A DNA stretch of 64,000 nt from Cytophagaceae bacterium. Lineage in GTDB: Bacteria > Bacteroidota > Bacteroidia > Cytophagales > Cytophagaceae. Positions 1 through 9,590 of the stretch are shown here, one piece after another (within the stretch, counting starts at the first letter, position 1; each line of letters starts with the position of its first letter). Position numbers and translations under genes: made by a program. The notes beneath the pieces were generated by a model, which was given only the letters and a program-made list of their open reading frames with translations, had not been told where the DNA came from and did no database searches. Location of the stretch: assembly GCA_046329235.1 (NCBI GenBank), contig JAXLVA010000001.1, positions 2,513,409 to 2,577,408 on the forward strand. Direction: 5' to 3'.

Positions 1-443
1 TAAGCATCTGTAAATATTTTAGCAGCGTTCGCTAAGTCTGTAATCAAATATGTTTTCTTCGTGATCGGAATACAGATACCAGTGATATCTGTTTCTTGGA
101 ACGCATCAGAACCAATTAAGTGGTAAGCTACCTGACCAGTGATGGCTACCATAGGAACGCTATCTGCATATGCATCAGCGATACCTGTAACTAAGTTAGT
201 AGCTCCCGGTCCGGAAGTTGCCAAACAAAACCCCGGTCTGCCGCTCACGCGGGCATACCCATTGGCCATAAAAGCTGCGCCTTGCTCATGACGGACCAGG
301 ACGCTATTCAGACTGCTATATGCTAGCGCATCATAAATAGGTAAAATGGCTCCACCCGGATAGGCAAAAAGATCGCGCGCATCTAACAATTCGATGATAC
401 GAACGATGTACTCTGCTCCTCTTAATTTAATTTTTGGCTTCAT
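1..443 (-). CDS. ilvB: acetolactate synthase large subunit, N-terminal part (gene runs off the left edge)
   Basis: Not in the ORF track because it is truncated. My translation of the minus strand from the ATG at 443-441 gives [105 protein letters not shown]... This is the thiamine-diphosphate enzyme N-terminal domain typical of ALS. It lies directly downstream of ilvD in the same orientation. Confidence 0.85.
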   Translation of the reverse strand, partial: MKPKIKLRGAEYIVRIIELLDARDLFAYPGGAILPIYDALAYSSLNSVLVRHEQGAAFMANGYARVSGRPGFCLATSGPGATNLVTGIADAYADSVPMVAITGQVAYHLIGSDAFQETDITGICIPITKKTYLITDLANAAKIFTDA

Positions 444-478
444 AAGATATTGCTCGAGGTATTGTTGCTTTGTATTTT

Positions 479-2158
479 TTATTTGTCAGTTACACAACCT
501 TCAGAGGCTGTGGCTACCGTTTTCATGTATTTGTAAAGTACGCCGGAAGTAGCGCGTGGTGCAGGTTGTTTCCAAGCTGCTTTACGTTGTGCTAATTCTG
601 CATCAGAAACTTTCACATCCATCACGTTGTTTTCAACGTCGATACGAATGATGTCTCCGTTTTGAATTAACCCAATAGGTCCACCGTCAAATGCTTCCGG
701 AGTAATGTGTCCTACCACGAAACCGTGAGTACCACCGGAGAAACGTCCGTCAGTAATTAGAGCACATTTATCACCTAAACCTAAGCCCATCAACAGAGCT
801 GTTGGCTTTAACATTTCAGGCATACCAGGACCACCTTTAGGGCCCACGTAACGGATTACAATTACTTCACCTGCTTGTGCTTCTTTCGCCTCTAAACCTG
901 CATTCAATGCTTCTTCTGATTCGTATACACGAGCCGGACCTTCAAAGAATAAACCTTCTTTACCGGTAATCTTCGCCACAGATCCTTGTGGAGCTATGTT
1001 TCCATAAAGGATTTGTAAGTGACCTGTTTGTTTGATTGGCTTATCCCAAGCATACATTAAGTCTTGATTCGCAGGTAAATCTTGAGCTTCTTTTAGATTC
1101 TCACCAACAGTTTTACCTGTTACAGTCATACAATCTAAATGAAGTAAATTATGTTTTGCTAACAAACGCATGACAGAAGGCACACCGCCAATAGCGTCCA
1201 TATCTTCCATCATATACTTACCGCTTGGTTTTAAGTCAGCCAATAACGGAGTTGTATTGCCGATGCGTTGGAAATCATCAATTGTTAAAGTAACACCTGC
1301 AGCTCTCGCCATAGCGATTAAGTGCATTACAGCGTTCGTAGAACCTCCTAATACCATGATCACACGAATCGCATTTTCAAATGCTTTGAATGTCATGATA
1401 TCACGTGGTTTGATGTCTCTTTCCAGAAGCATCATCATGGTTTTACCAATCGCTAGTGTTTCTTCTTTTTTCTTATCGCTTGTTGCAGGAGCGGTAGAAG
1501 AATATGGAAGTGTTAATCCCATAGCTTCAATCGCTGATGCCATTGTGTTTGCCGTGTACATACCACCACAAGCACCTGCACCCGGACAAGCATTTTTAAT
1601 CACACCTTGGTAATCTTCTTCGGAGATGGTACCGGCGATTTTTTTACCTAATGCTTCAAATGCAGAAACGATATTAAGTTTTTCACCTTTCCAATTCCCT
1701 GAACGAATAGTACCACCGTACACCATTAAAGATGGGCGATTCAAACGAGCCATTGCAATCACTGCACCCGGCATGTTTTTATCACAACCTACTACAGTAA
1801 CTAAACCGTCATAGTAGTGAGCTCCGGCAATGGTTTCAATAGAATCTGCGATTACATCACGAGAGACTAATGAATAACGCATACCTTCTGTACCCATGGA
1901 GATACCATCACTCACGCCGATGGTGTTGAACCCAAGTCCAACCATACCGCCACGAGTAATACTACCTTTCACTTGTCCTGCAAGGATATTCAAGTGCATG
2001 TTACAAGTATTACCATCAAAACCTGTACTACCAATCCCTACGACTGGTTTTTTGAAATCTTCATCTGTGAATCCGGCACCGTACATCATCGCTTGAGATG
2101 CAGGTTGTGACGGATCTTGCGTCAGACGTTTACTGATTTTATTTAATTCGTTTGCCAC
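479..2158 (-). CDS. ilvD: dihydroxy-acid dehydratase
   Basis: 559-aa ORF with IlvD/Edd family hallmarks visible ([33 protein letters not shown]). It lies within the leu/ilv operon. Confidence 0.95.
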   Translation of the reverse strand: MANELNKISKRLTQDPSQPASQAMMYGAGFTDEDFKKPVVGIGSTGFDGNTCNMHLNILAGQVKGSITRGGMVGLGFNTIGVSDGISMGTEGMRYSLVSRDVIADSIETIAGAHYYDGLVTVVGCDKNMPGAVIAMARLNRPSLMVYGGTIRSGNWKGEKLNIVSAFEALGKKIAGTISEEDYQGVIKNACPGAGACGGMYTANTMASAIEAMGLTLPYSSTAPATSDKKKEETLAIGKTMMMLLERDIKPRDIMTFKAFENAIRVIMVLGGSTNAVMHLIAMARAAGVTLTIDDFQRIGNTTPLLADLKPSGKYMMEDMDAIGGVPSVMRLLAKHNLLHLDCMTVTGKTVGENLKEAQDLPANQDLMYAWDKPIKQTGHLQILYGNIAPQGSVAKITGKEGLFFEGPARVYESEEALNAGLEAKEAQAGEVIVIRYVGPKGGPGMPEMLKPTALLMGLGLGDKCALITDGRFSGGTHGFVVGHITPEAFDGGPIGLIQNGDIIRIDVENNVMDVKVSDAELAQRKAAWKQPAPRATSGVLYKYMKTVATASEGCVTDK

Positions 2159-2177
2159 GTTGTGTTAAGCTAAAATG

Positions 2178-3260
2178 TTATGCTGTTACTTTTGCATTTT
2201 TCTCTACTAACTGTGCAATGTAAGCACCCACTTGAGTAGTAGAACTTGGATTCTCACGACGGATATCTACTGTAACTACACCGTCTTCCAGTGATTTTAC
2301 TACAGCATTACGAATAGCTTTCGCTTCTTCCAATAAACCAAAAGATGTTTCTAATAACATAGCTGCAGACAAGATAGCTGCACATGGGTTAGCAATGTTT
2401 TTACCAGCTCCTTCCGGATAAGATCCGTGGATTGGCTCATATAATGCTACTGCGCTACCAACCGATGCAGAAGGTAACATACCCATTGAACCTGTGATAA
2501 CAGATGCTTCGTCTGTGATGATATCACCGAACATGTTTTCTGTTAATACCACGTCAAAGTAAGCAGGTTGAGTAATGATTTTCATAGCAGCGTTATCTAC
2601 GAACATGAAATCTAATTCAACGTCTGAATAGTTAGCAGCGTGGAATTCTTTTACTACTTCTCTCCATAAACGAGAAGAAGCTAATACGTTTGCTTTATCT
2701 ACTAAAGTCACGCGGTTACGACGGATACGAGCAGATTCAAATGCTAATTTGCTAATACGTTCGATTTCAGCGCGAGTGTAAGTACATGTATCAAATGCCA
2801 TGTTACCATCTTCGCTACGACCACGAGTACCGAAGTAAATACCACCGGTTAACTCACGGAATACTACGAAGTCAACACCGCTCACTAAGTCTGCACGAAG
2901 TGGAGAAGCGTTTTCTAAAATTTTATAAGTGTTTACCGGACGAATATTAGCGAATAAACCTAATGCTTTACGCATCGCTAATAAACCTTGTTCCGGACGT
3001 ACTTTCGCTTTAGGATCGTTATCATATTTCGGGTGACCAATAGCACCGAATAAGATAGCGTCTGCTGCTTGACATACTTTTAATGTCTCATCAGGGAAAG
3101 GGTTACCTGTAGCGTCTATAGCTACTGCACCAACTAGTGCTTCTGTATAGTGGAATTTATGACCAAAAGATTTTTCGATAGCGTTAAGGACTAATAAAGC
3201 CTGATCAGTCACTTCCGGACCGATACCATCACCTTTTAATACTGCAATTTTCTTTTCCAT
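2178..3260 (-). CDS. leuB: 3-isopropylmalate dehydrogenase
   Basis: 360-aa ORF with N-terminal KIAVLKGDGIGPEV and the NMFGDIITDEAS signature of the isocitrate/isopropylmalate dehydrogenase family. Operon context is leuA-C-D-B. Confidence 0.95.
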   Translation of the reverse strand: MEKKIAVLKGDGIGPEVTDQALLVLNAIEKSFGHKFHYTEALVGAVAIDATGNPFPDETLKVCQAADAILFGAIGHPKYDNDPKAKVRPEQGLLAMRKALGLFANIRPVNTYKILENASPLRADLVSGVDFVVFRELTGGIYFGTRGRSEDGNMAFDTCTYTRAEIERISKLAFESARIRRNRVTLVDKANVLASSRLWREVVKEFHAANYSDVELDFMFVDNAAMKIITQPAYFDVVLTENMFGDIITDEASVITGSMGMLPSASVGSAVALYEPIHGSYPEGAGKNIANPCAAILSAAMLLETSFGLLEEAKAIRNAVVKSLEDGVVTVDIRRENPSSTTQVGAYIAQLVEKNAKVTA

Positions 3261-3266
3261 TGTTTT

Positions 3267-3301
3267 AGCTTTGAGCTTTAAGCTTAAGGCTTAAGGCTAG
3301 T
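3267..3301. repeat. degenerate 7-bp tandem repeat (5 units) just upstream of the leuB ATG
   Basis: Plus strand reads agctttg agcttta agcttaa ggcttaa ggctagt. On the coding strand this is a TAG/TAA-rich run that ends 7 nt before the leuB start codon. Confidence 0.5.
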
Positions 3302-3327
3302 TCTTTTATAAATCTTTTCTTTGATAA

Positions 3328-3933
3328 TTAGCTTACGAAGCTTAAATATTTGGATGTCTTCTCATAAGATTCGATTTTATCTTTTTGTGATAACACATAA
3401 TCGATATCATCGTAACCGTTAATCAAACAAGTCTTTTTGTAATCGTTGATAGTGAAAGATTCTTTCTTATCCGTACCAGCGATTTGGATGAATTGATTTT
3501 GTAAGTCTACGATCAATTCCATTTTGTTATTCGCTTTAACTGCTGCGAAAATTTCAGCTAAGAAAGCATCTGATACTTGAACCGGAAGGATACCGTTGTT
3601 CAACGCGTTACCACGGAAGATATCAGCGAAGAAAGAAGAAACTACTACGCGGAAACCAGCGTCACCGATAGCCCAAGCAGCGTGCTCACGAGAAGAACCA
3701 CAACCGAAGTTTTTACCTGCTACTAATACTTTACCGCTATAACGAGCATCGTTCATCACGAAATCCGCTTTAGGAGTATTGTCGTCATTGTATCTCCAGT
3801 CACGGAATAAGTTTTGTCCGAAACCTTCTTTAGTCGTTGCTTTTAAGAAACGTGCTGGGATGATTTGATCCGTATCTACATCTTCAATAGGAAGAGGCAC
3901 GATGGTAGATTGTATTGTTGTAAATTTTTCCAT
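3328..3933 (-). CDS. leuD: 3-isopropylmalate dehydratase small subunit
   Basis: 201-aa ORF with the aconitase swivel-domain motif [14 protein letters not shown]. It follows leuC. Confidence 0.93.
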   Translation of the reverse strand: MEKFTTIQSTIVPLPIEDVDTDQIIPARFLKATTKEGFGQNLFRDWRYNDDNTPKADFVMNDARYSGKVLVAGKNFGCGSSREHAAWAIGDAGFRVVVSSFFADIFRGNALNNGILPVQVSDAFLAEIFAAVKANNKMELIVDLQNQFIQIAGTDKKESFTINDYKKTCLINGYDDIDYVLSQKDKIESYEKTSKYLSFVS

Positions 3934-3960
3934 GGTTAGGAAGTATTGAATGTTTTTAGA

Positions 3961-5361
3961 TTAGTTCATTAATTCACGTACATCGACGATTTTACCGGAT
4001 ACTGCAATAGCAGCAGCAGTTAACGGGCTCACTAAAAGCGTGCGTGCTCCAGGACCTTGACGACCTTCGAAGTTACGGTTAGAAGTAGACACACAATATT
4101 CTCCTTTAGGAACTTTGTCTTCGTTCATTGCTAAACATGCAGAACAACCAGGCTCGCGTAATTCGAAACCAGCTTCTGCTAATACTTTATCAATACCTTC
4201 AGCAATGGCTTGACGTTCTACTTGCTTAGAACCAGGAACGATTAAAGCATTGATGTTATCTGCTTTTTTCTTGCCTTTAACGAAGTTGGCAAACGTTCTT
4301 AAATCTTCGATACGACCGTTGGTACAAGAACCTAGGAATACCCAGTTCACTTGTTTACCTGCGATCTTCTCCCCTTCTTTAAAGCCCATATAATCTAAAG
4401 CTTTATTGAAAGTTAATTTATTGCTTTCTTCTACTTGATCAATAGATGGGATGCTACCGGAAACTTTGATACCCATACCAGGGTTTGTTCCGTAAGTAAT
4501 CATCGGTTCGATGTCAGCTGCTTCGTAAGACAATACTCTGTCGAATTTAGCATCAGCATCTGAAAATAAAGTTTTCCAGTAAGCTACTGCTGCTTCCCAC
4601 TTATCACCTTTAGGAGCGAACTCACGTCCTTTGATGTAGTTGAAAGTAGTTTCATCCGGAGCGATCATACCACCACGAGCACCCATTTCGATACTCATGT
4701 TACAGATGGTCATACGAGCTTCCATTGTTAAAGAAGTAATCGCAGAACCACAGAATTCTAAGAAATACCCTGTACCACCGGCAGCAGAGATTTTAGAAAT
4801 TACATATAATACAATGTCTTTAGATGTAACACCTTTACCTAAAGTACCATTGATTTCAATCTTCATGGTTTTAGGTTTGGATTGCATCAAACACTGAGTT
4901 GCTAATACTTGTTCCACTTCAGAAGTACCGATACCAAAAGCGATAGAACCGAAAGCACCGTGAGTTGAAGTGTGAGAATCACCACATACGATTGTCATAC
5001 CCGGTAGCGTAGTACCTGTTTCAGGACCTACTACGTGTACTACACCTTGAGATGGGTGACCTAAACCAAATAGAGTAACTCCGTATTTATTACAGTTATC
5101 CGTAAGAGTATCAACTTGCTTACGAGATAATTCTTCTTTAATAGGTAATGCTTGACCTTTAGTAGGAACGTTGTGATCCGGTGTAGCAAGAGTACGCTCC
5201 GGACGGAACACGCCAATACCACGTTTGCCAAGACCGGCAAAAGCTTGAGGGCTTGTTACCTCGTGAATTAATTGTTTGTCGATATATAAAATGCTAGGAC
5301 CATCTTTCACCTCAGTAACTACGTGTGCGTCCCAAACTTTTTCGAATAATGTTTTTCCCAT
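3961..5361 (-). CDS. leuC: 3-isopropylmalate dehydratase large subunit
   Basis: 466-aa aconitase-family ORF with Fe-S ligand motifs ([36 protein letters not shown]). Confidence 0.95.
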   Translation of the reverse strand: MGKTLFEKVWDAHVVTEVKDGPSILYIDKQLIHEVTSPQAFAGLGKRGIGVFRPERTLATPDHNVPTKGQALPIKEELSRKQVDTLTDNCNKYGVTLFGLGHPSQGVVHVVGPETGTTLPGMTIVCGDSHTSTHGAFGSIAFGIGTSEVEQVLATQCLMQSKPKTMKIEINGTLGKGVTSKDIVLYVISKISAAGGTGYFLEFCGSAITSLTMEARMTICNMSIEMGARGGMIAPDETTFNYIKGREFAPKGDKWEAAVAYWKTLFSDADAKFDRVLSYEAADIEPMITYGTNPGMGIKVSGSIPSIDQVEESNKLTFNKALDYMGFKEGEKIAGKQVNWVFLGSCTNGRIEDLRTFANFVKGKKKADNINALIVPGSKQVERQAIAEGIDKVLAEAGFELREPGCSACLAMNEDKVPKGEYCVSTSNRNFEGRQGPGARTLLVSPLTAAAIAVSGKIVDVRELMN

Positions 5362-5382
5362 GATGATGAGTAACTAATTAGA

Positions 5383-6540
5383 TTATTTAACTATTTCTGT
5401 TTCGCGCATTAATTCATGCAAATGTTCATCGTCTACTTGTTTCAAACGATCTGCCATATCCAAGAAGCGTCTATATGCTTCGTCTAACTGATCTTTTGAT
5501 AACATGTAACCGATGTTGGCTAAACGGTGGTTTAATGCTGCACGACCACTACGAGCAGTAAGTAAGATGGAGGATGCATCTGCTCCTACATCAGCGGGAT
5601 CCATGATTTCATAAGTTTCACGATGTTTCAAGAAACCATCTTGGTGAATACCGGAAGAGTGTGCGAAAGCATTACGACCTACAATAGCTTTATTCGATTG
5701 TACCGGCATACGCATCATAGTAGAAACCATATGACTAAGAGGTACAATTTTCTTCGTATCTAAACCTGTTTCTAAGCCTAAGTAAGGGTGACATTTTAAA
5801 ATCATAGCCACTTCTTCTAACGCAGTGTTACCTGCACGCTCACCGATTCCGTTGATGGTACACTCTACTTGCATGGCACCATTGGTTAATGCAGCGATAG
5901 AATTAGCGGTAGCTAGACCTAAGTCGTTGTGACAATGTGCAGATAAAATAGCCTTATCAATATTAGGCACATTGTTCATTAAATATTTAATACGCTCACC
6001 GTATTGCCACGGCAACATATAACCGGTAGTATCCGGAATGTTCACCACGTCAGCGCCAGCTGCGATAACAGTTTCTACCATTCGAGCTAAGAATTCTTGA
6101 TCTGCACGACCTGCATCCTCACAGAAGAACTCTACCTCATGAACTACTTTCTTCGCTTGACGTACAGCTGCAGCAGCCATTTCCAAAATATTTTCGCGAG
6201 TAGTTCTTAATTTGTGTTGAATATGAATATCGGAGGACCCAATACCCGTGTGAATACGACTACGCTTGGCAAATCGTAGTGCTTCACCGGCTACGTTAAT
6301 ATCTACTTCCTTGGCACGAGTAAGTGCACAAATCGTAGGGCGTGTAACCGCTTTAGTGATTTCTACTACGGAATTAAAGTCTCCTGGACTGGAGACGGGG
6401 AAGCCCGCCTCAATTACATCGACACCCATCTCGTCCAAGGCCTTAGCCACCGTGATTTTCTCTTCGGTGTTTAATTGGCAGCCCGGCACTTGCTCTCCAT
6501 CGCGCAACGTGGTATCGAACACGTAAATTCTTTTTGCCAT
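5383..6540 (-). CDS. leuA: 2-isopropylmalate synthase, short form without the C-terminal regulatory domain
   Basis: 385-aa ORF with a DRE-TIM/HMGL-like catalytic domain ([25 protein letters not shown]). It is the first gene of the leu operon. Its length is about 100-130 aa shorter than canonical LeuA. Confidence 0.85.
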   Translation of the reverse strand: MAKRIYVFDTTLRDGEQVPGCQLNTEEKITVAKALDEMGVDVIEAGFPVSSPGDFNSVVEITKAVTRPTICALTRAKEVDINVAGEALRFAKRSRIHTGIGSSDIHIQHKLRTTRENILEMAAAAVRQAKKVVHEVEFFCEDAGRADQEFLARMVETVIAAGADVVNIPDTTGYMLPWQYGERIKYLMNNVPNIDKAILSAHCHNDLGLATANSIAALTNGAMQVECTINGIGERAGNTALEEVAMILKCHPYLGLETGLDTKKIVPLSHMVSTMMRMPVQSNKAIVGRNAFAHSSGIHQDGFLKHRETYEIMDPADVGADASSILLTARSGRAALNHRLANIGYMLSKDQLDEAYRRFLDMADRLKQVDDEHLHELMRETEIVK

Positions 6541-6896
6541 AATTTGTAAATGAAATAAACTAATTAGTTGTGTTGGTATAATTTAACTTTATGGTTTTCA
6601 TCCGGTTAGGGGATATAATCCGACCGATTTCGAACTCAGGGGATACCTTAGGTTAAATTATAGTAAACAAAAATACACTTTTAGTTAGATGATACCGTGT
6701 AAATTTAAAATATTATTACGGTTTCAGAGGAAAAATAAAATCTAATATGGTCAAATTAAACTGTATTATTATAATGATTTACAGTTATTTAAATAATTAT
6801 TGATACTACAGTTTACACCATTTCCAATGGAAAAATAGACATTAGATTATTCTTATATCAACAATCGACTGGTATTATTTTAAAAGTTAATTTTTT

Positions 6897-7460
6897 TTAA
6901 AACTGAGCTCCTACCCGAAAGGTAATTAGATTAGAAGTATTGGTAAGGTTAGTTTCAAAATATCGATACCACTCATAGTTTAAGGTAAAATATAAAGCCG
7001 TAGTAGGGCTTACAAATGCGCGTACACCAACTTGAGGACTGACCACTGTTCCCATTTTAGTGGACCTATCGTACAAGCCTACAGTTTTACCCGCCGAAAA
7101 GGCAAGTAAGGGAGAAACTCTACCTTGTAAGGGTGTGAATAAGGCATCTATCGTAAAAGGGGCTGTTAACTGATTATTGGAAGCATACACCTTTAAGCCT
7201 GTCCCAATTCCAGCTTGAAACATAGAGTTAAATTTAAACGCGTTCTGTATATTTAGTGCGAATAGATTTTCTGTTGGTCCCGGGACAACTTGACCGGTTC
7301 CCTTATATTCAACTTCAGCATTCCCCACCCCAGCTTGAAAATCGATACCCAAAACATACCCTTTCGATTTAAATGAAGATGTAGAATTCTTAATAGTATC
7401 TTGAGCTAAAGCATTAAACGCTAAACAAGTAATCAGTAAGATGTATTTTAAATTTTTCAT
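6897..7460 (-). CDS. small outer-membrane beta-barrel protein
   Basis: 187 aa with signal peptide MKNLKYILLITCLAFNALAQ, an alternating beta-strand pattern and a C-terminal aromatic residue (RVGAQF). It sits 6 nt downstream of the type B T9SS cargo gene, so it is probably co-transcribed. Confidence 0.6.
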   Translation of the reverse strand: MKNLKYILLITCLAFNALAQDTIKNSTSSFKSKGYVLGIDFQAGVGNAEVEYKGTGQVVPGPTENLFALNIQNAFKFNSMFQAGIGTGLKVYASNNQLTAPFTIDALFTPLQGRVSPLLAFSAGKTVGLYDRSTKMGTVVSPQVGVRAFVSPTTALYFTLNYEWYRYFETNLTNTSNLITFRVGAQF

Positions 7461-7466
7461 ATAGCT

Positions 7467-9527
7467 TTATTTAATAATTTGTATCCAACCTTTTAAATCG
7501 CAATCGTTTTCAGAACCATATCGATAATAATAAATCCCCTCCGAGATGGAATCAGCATTCCAATTGTGTTTATAATTTCTTGATTCGTATACCAAATCTC
7601 CCCAAGAAGAATATACCTGTAAATGTCCTGACTCCAGATCAATGGGTTTAATCTGTAAAACATCATTCTTCCCATCACCGTTAGGGGTGATAAGATTAGG
7701 AAATAAAAAATCCGGATAACTCATCTCAATACTATCTTTTTCAATACTACAAGAAGTTCTAGCTTCAATAATATGCTTACCGGCATCCGAGACATAGTCC
7801 CCACTTCGTATCACCATATTATTATAAAAATAGGTAGCCTGATTTTGTTCAGACCACTTTAATTGAACTTTACCTTTACCGCAACCATACAGCGTATCGG
7901 TTACACTCAAAACCGGTTTTGAAGCCCGTTCTTTTACCTCAACAGAATCGATGTGTACAGTATCCGAAACGCAGTTGATGTAACGAATAGCTTCTATTTC
8001 GTGATAACCCGAAGTTTGAAAAGTAACAGGAAACATACCCCACATAAAACGTAATGAATCTTCTTTCCATGTAAATGAAGTGCCTTCATCGGTACGAAAA
8101 ACAATAGAGTCCGCCCGGATGGTATCTTTTAAGAACAAAGACAAGGGTGTTGAGGGGCAAGCGGGGGATGAAGTATACTCCGGAGTACCCATCTCCGGTG
8201 CTTTCCAACCCTTACCAAAATAGGTCGCATTTTGTAAGTACCATTGATACCAATAAGGTGTTGGCAGATTACTCAATCCGGTGGAAGCATTGATCCACTC
8301 TATTTTATCCCAATTCCCTATATCACAATTCGGACAAGAATTGTTAGGCGAATTAACTTCTAAGGACAAGACATCCATGCTCGTCTGGTGCTGTATAAAA
8401 ATACGACCATTGATGTACGGCATTACTTGAGCATTCGTGTAGGGATAGCCTACAGGTCTTAAAGGAGCTAAAGGATGATCTACCTCGCTCACTTTCAAAC
8501 CCCAATCCGGCTTAAAGGTACTTTCGTCCTGTATGCTCGCATAATCAGTTTGATAAAAAATAGTGTCTCCTAAAGTTAGCGTACTTAGATACGTAGAATA
8601 AAGTTGGTATTCGGAATTAATATACAAATCATATACCCCTGCAACTTTATCGTTAGTTGATATCCTACCATCTATTCTTTTTTCATACGTAATGGCGCCC
8701 GTAGACCTATCTAAACGGAAAAAATAATCCCTCCACACTGTAGAATTTCCTGCAAAAACATCTCTGATGATTCCATTATCATAGATTTCCAAGGTCATTC
8801 TAGATCCGGGCAAATTAATTTCATCATAATTGGGAATTAAATCCTGAAATAAAACATCATGTGACCAAATAACACCGCAAGCATTTACTTTATACACTCG
8901 GTAGCGTTCATGCAGTAGTGATTTCATTATCATCCAACTACTAATCCCATCAGTGTGTTTTATTAATATACCACAGTTTCGTAATAAAAAATAATAGATT
9001 TCATCACCGGAATGAATAGGGATTTTACTCTGAATTATTTTTCCCTTCCCGTTATTCGCTTTGGCATCCAATATACTATAACTTAATTCATACGTGTGGA
9101 TATAATCAAAGGAGGGATAGTTTTTTAGTTTAATTAAACAAGTTACCACTATATATCTATCTTGATTATACTCTTCTAAGGGTATTATAAACGCTTGCTG
9201 ACAATCAAATCCCGGATCAGTAGAAAAAGGATGTATATCGCCATTTTCAACAAAATTACCATCAGCATCCCACACCTTTAACCCATTGGTCATAAATCGT
9301 AAAGCGCCGGTATTTTTATCCGAAATAGCAACAAAAGTTCTTGGATGTGTAAGTGCATCTGTTGTATTAGTTTCTACACTTTGAAGTAAGGTCGTGCTTT
9401 TTCCCAATTCATCATATCTGGTTATCCCAAAATATGTTAATTCACCAATCCAAGTGGCTTCCTTTTGGGCTTTTACATCCCAAGGATGAATCCAAAAAAG
9501 TAGTATGAGAAATAAATAATTACGCAT
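7467..9527 (-). CDS. T9SS type B (CHU_C / gliding-motility-associated C-terminal domain) secreted protein
   Basis: The C-terminal ~90 aa (FPNLITPNGDGKNDVLQI ... VYSSWGDLVYESRNY ... GIYYYRY ... GWIQIIK) match my knowledge of the CHU_C/type B sorting domain. The likely start is the ATG at 9527 (MRNYLFLILLFWI signal) rather than the ORF-track start at 9545. Confidence 0.75.
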   Translation of the reverse strand: MRNYLFLILLFWIHPWDVKAQKEATWIGELTYFGITRYDELGKSTTLLQSVETNTTDALTHPRTFVAISDKNTGALRFMTNGLKVWDADGNFVENGDIHPFSTDPGFDCQQAFIIPLEEYNQDRYIVVTCLIKLKNYPSFDYIHTYELSYSILDAKANNGKGKIIQSKIPIHSGDEIYYFLLRNCGILIKHTDGISSWMIMKSLLHERYRVYKVNACGVIWSHDVLFQDLIPNYDEINLPGSRMTLEIYDNGIIRDVFAGNSTVWRDYFFRLDRSTGAITYEKRIDGRISTNDKVAGVYDLYINSEYQLYSTYLSTLTLGDTIFYQTDYASIQDESTFKPDWGLKVSEVDHPLAPLRPVGYPYTNAQVMPYINGRIFIQHQTSMDVLSLEVNSPNNSCPNCDIGNWDKIEWINASTGLSNLPTPYWYQWYLQNATYFGKGWKAPEMGTPEYTSSPACPSTPLSLFLKDTIRADSIVFRTDEGTSFTWKEDSLRFMWGMFPVTFQTSGYHEIEAIRYINCVSDTVHIDSVEVKERASKPVLSVTDTLYGCGKGKVQLKWSEQNQATYFYNNMVIRSGDYVSDAGKHIIEARTSCSIEKDSIEMSYPDFLFPNLITPNGDGKNDVLQIKPIDLESGHLQVYSSWGDLVYESRNYKHNWNADSISEGIYYYRYGSENDCDLKGWIQIIK

Positions 9528-9590
9528 GAAACAAATCAACAGCAAGGTATAAACCTTGCTGTTGTATTATTTGACAATTTCGAATGAGTC

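Noticed and set aside
1170-2096. Plus-strand ORFs (147, 62 and 66 aa) inside ilvD, and similar antisense ORFs inside leuC, leuA, the RND pump, gpmI, lysC, feoB, murF-alr, the MBL gene and others
   Set aside because: Each lies entirely antisense to a confidently identified conserved gene. The translations are low-complexity shadows of the opposite frame.
6560-6601. Mini-[16 protein letters not shown] upstream of leuA as an attenuation leader peptide
   Set aside because: It contains a single Leu and no run of regulatory codons for Leu, Ile or Val. No terminator/antiterminator alternative pairing is evident.
6615-6650. tRNA-like GTTCGAAATC word (T-loop-like) upstream of leuA
   Set aside because: The flanking bases do not form a T-stem, and no acceptor or anticodon arms can be drawn.
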